Below the pieces are notes generated by a model, which worked only from the letters and a program-made list of their open reading frames with translations, was not told where the DNA came from and ran no database searches. Shown piece by piece: positions 63,231 through 64,000 of a stretch of 64,000 bases of DNA. Where the stretch lies: the NCBI GenBank assembly GCA_013239625.1, contig MU057349.1, positions 9,079,306 through 9,143,305 on the forward strand, in the 5' to 3' direction. A program made the position numbers and the translations under genes. Numbering within the stretch: the stretch's first letter is position 1; each line of letters opens with the position of its first letter. Source of the DNA: Lama guanicoe. Lineage: Eukaryota.

Positions 63231-63331
63231 CTCCTGTCCAATCCTCCTGTTTCACAGATGAAGAAATGGAATTGCAGAAAGGCCAAGAGACTTGCCAAGG
63301 TCACATAGTAAACCAGTGGTCAGGCTGAACC
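63215..63331 (-). other. Locus orthologous to human MIR575 (probably not a functional miRNA here)
   Basis: GAGTTGAGTAGCACTGCTCCTGTCCAA...CCAAGGTCA...CCAGTGG..GGCTGAA matches both ends of the hsa-mir-575 precursor (reverse complement) as I recall it. Human MIR575 lies in SCD5 intron 1. Confidence 0.7.
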
Positions 63332-63345
63332 CATAAAGTGACTGT
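63232..63345 (-). mobile_element. MIR fragment
   Basis: tttcacagatgaagaaatgga...gacttgccaaggtcacatag...agtgg. Confidence 0.75.
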
Positions 63346-63374
63346 GCCCTAGGGTTCAAGAGGGTGGACTCCAA

Positions 63375-63546
63375 ATAGGTAAACAAGGTCCTACTGCATA
63401 GCACAGGGAACTATATTCAAAACCTAGTAATAGCCTATAATGAAAAAGAATATGAAAAGGAATATATATGTAAAACTGAATCACTATGCTATACAGAAGA
63501 AATTAATACAACATTATAAATGGACTATATTTCAATTAAAAAAAAA
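63375..63546 (+). mobile_element. L1 3' end
   Basis: aacaaggtcctactgcatagcacagggaactatattcaa plus poly(A); 17-bp TSD with 2 mismatches at 63358-63374 and 63547-63563. Confidence 0.9.
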
Positions 63547-63719
63547 AAGAAGGTGGAGTCCAACAGTGGGAGTGTCTGTTCCCTGTGCCCTCAGGAGTCT
63601 GGTTCCTTCTGGGCTGAGTGATGTGCAGAAGGCTATGTTCACAGAGAATCCTCGAAATCACTCCTTTGGGACCCTTCCTCTACCCCTAAGAAATCATTTA
63701 CTTTGGCCAACAGTATACC

Positions 63720-64000
63720 TTTTTTTTTACACTGAAGTTTATTTCAATGCTAGTTTCTGGTGTACAGTGTAATTCAGTTATAGATACATATATTTCCTTT
63801 CATATTCTTTTTCACTATAGGTTATTATAAGATATTGAATATAGTTCCCTGTACCATACAGTAGAACTTTGCTGTTTATCTATTTTATATATAGTGGTTT
63901 ATATCTGCTAATCCCAAACTCCTACTAATTTATCTCTCCCCTCACTTCCCCTTTGGTAACCGTAAGTTTGTTTTTTGTGTCTGAGTCTCCTTCTGTTTTA
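63720..64000 (-). mobile_element. L1 3' end, running off the window edge
   Basis: Poly(T), then tttctggtgtacag...gatattgaatatagttccctgt...ccctttggtaacc. Confidence 0.9.

Larger units (their letters stand above)
24479..64000 (-). other. SCD5: SCD5 intron 1 (partial, >39.5 kb); exon 1 lies beyond the right edge
   Basis: No SCD5 exon 1-like coding sequence or promoter-sized CpG island seen upstream of exon 2. Confidence 0.85.

Noticed and set aside
2366-64000. Orientation bias of young L1 fragments relative to SCD5
   Set aside because: About 8 antisense versus 5 sense copies is too few to mean anything.

Overview
Mammalian genomic DNA, very probably a camelid (Vic-1-like tRNA-derived SINEs and camelid-type L1 3' ends). 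The whole window lies inside the SCD5 (stearoyl-CoA desaturase 5) gene on the minus strand. Two intact coding exons are present: exon 2 (24478-24348, 131 nt, His box 1 HRLWSH) and exon 3 (11485-11280, 206 nt, His box 2 HRVHH), both with AG/GT boundaries. The rest is intron filled with L1, L2, MIR, CR1, MaLR/ERVL LTRs and DNA-transposon fossils, plus five N gaps. No other ORF in the track looks like a real gene. The most notable non-coding items are: (1) a 1.8-kb triplet-phased (ACCATT)n-type compound repeat growing from a MIR tail, with higher-order blocks; (2) the apparent orthologue of the human MIR575 locus at a MER5/MIR junction, with a different seed and an extra internal segment; (3) a textbook twin-primed, 5'-inverted L1 insertion; (4) an exact 37-bp dispersed duplication of unique sequence. 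I found no convincing evidence for a wholly new biological system. Repeat subfamily names come from pattern recognition, not a database search, and repeat boundaries are approximate unless a TSD is quoted.
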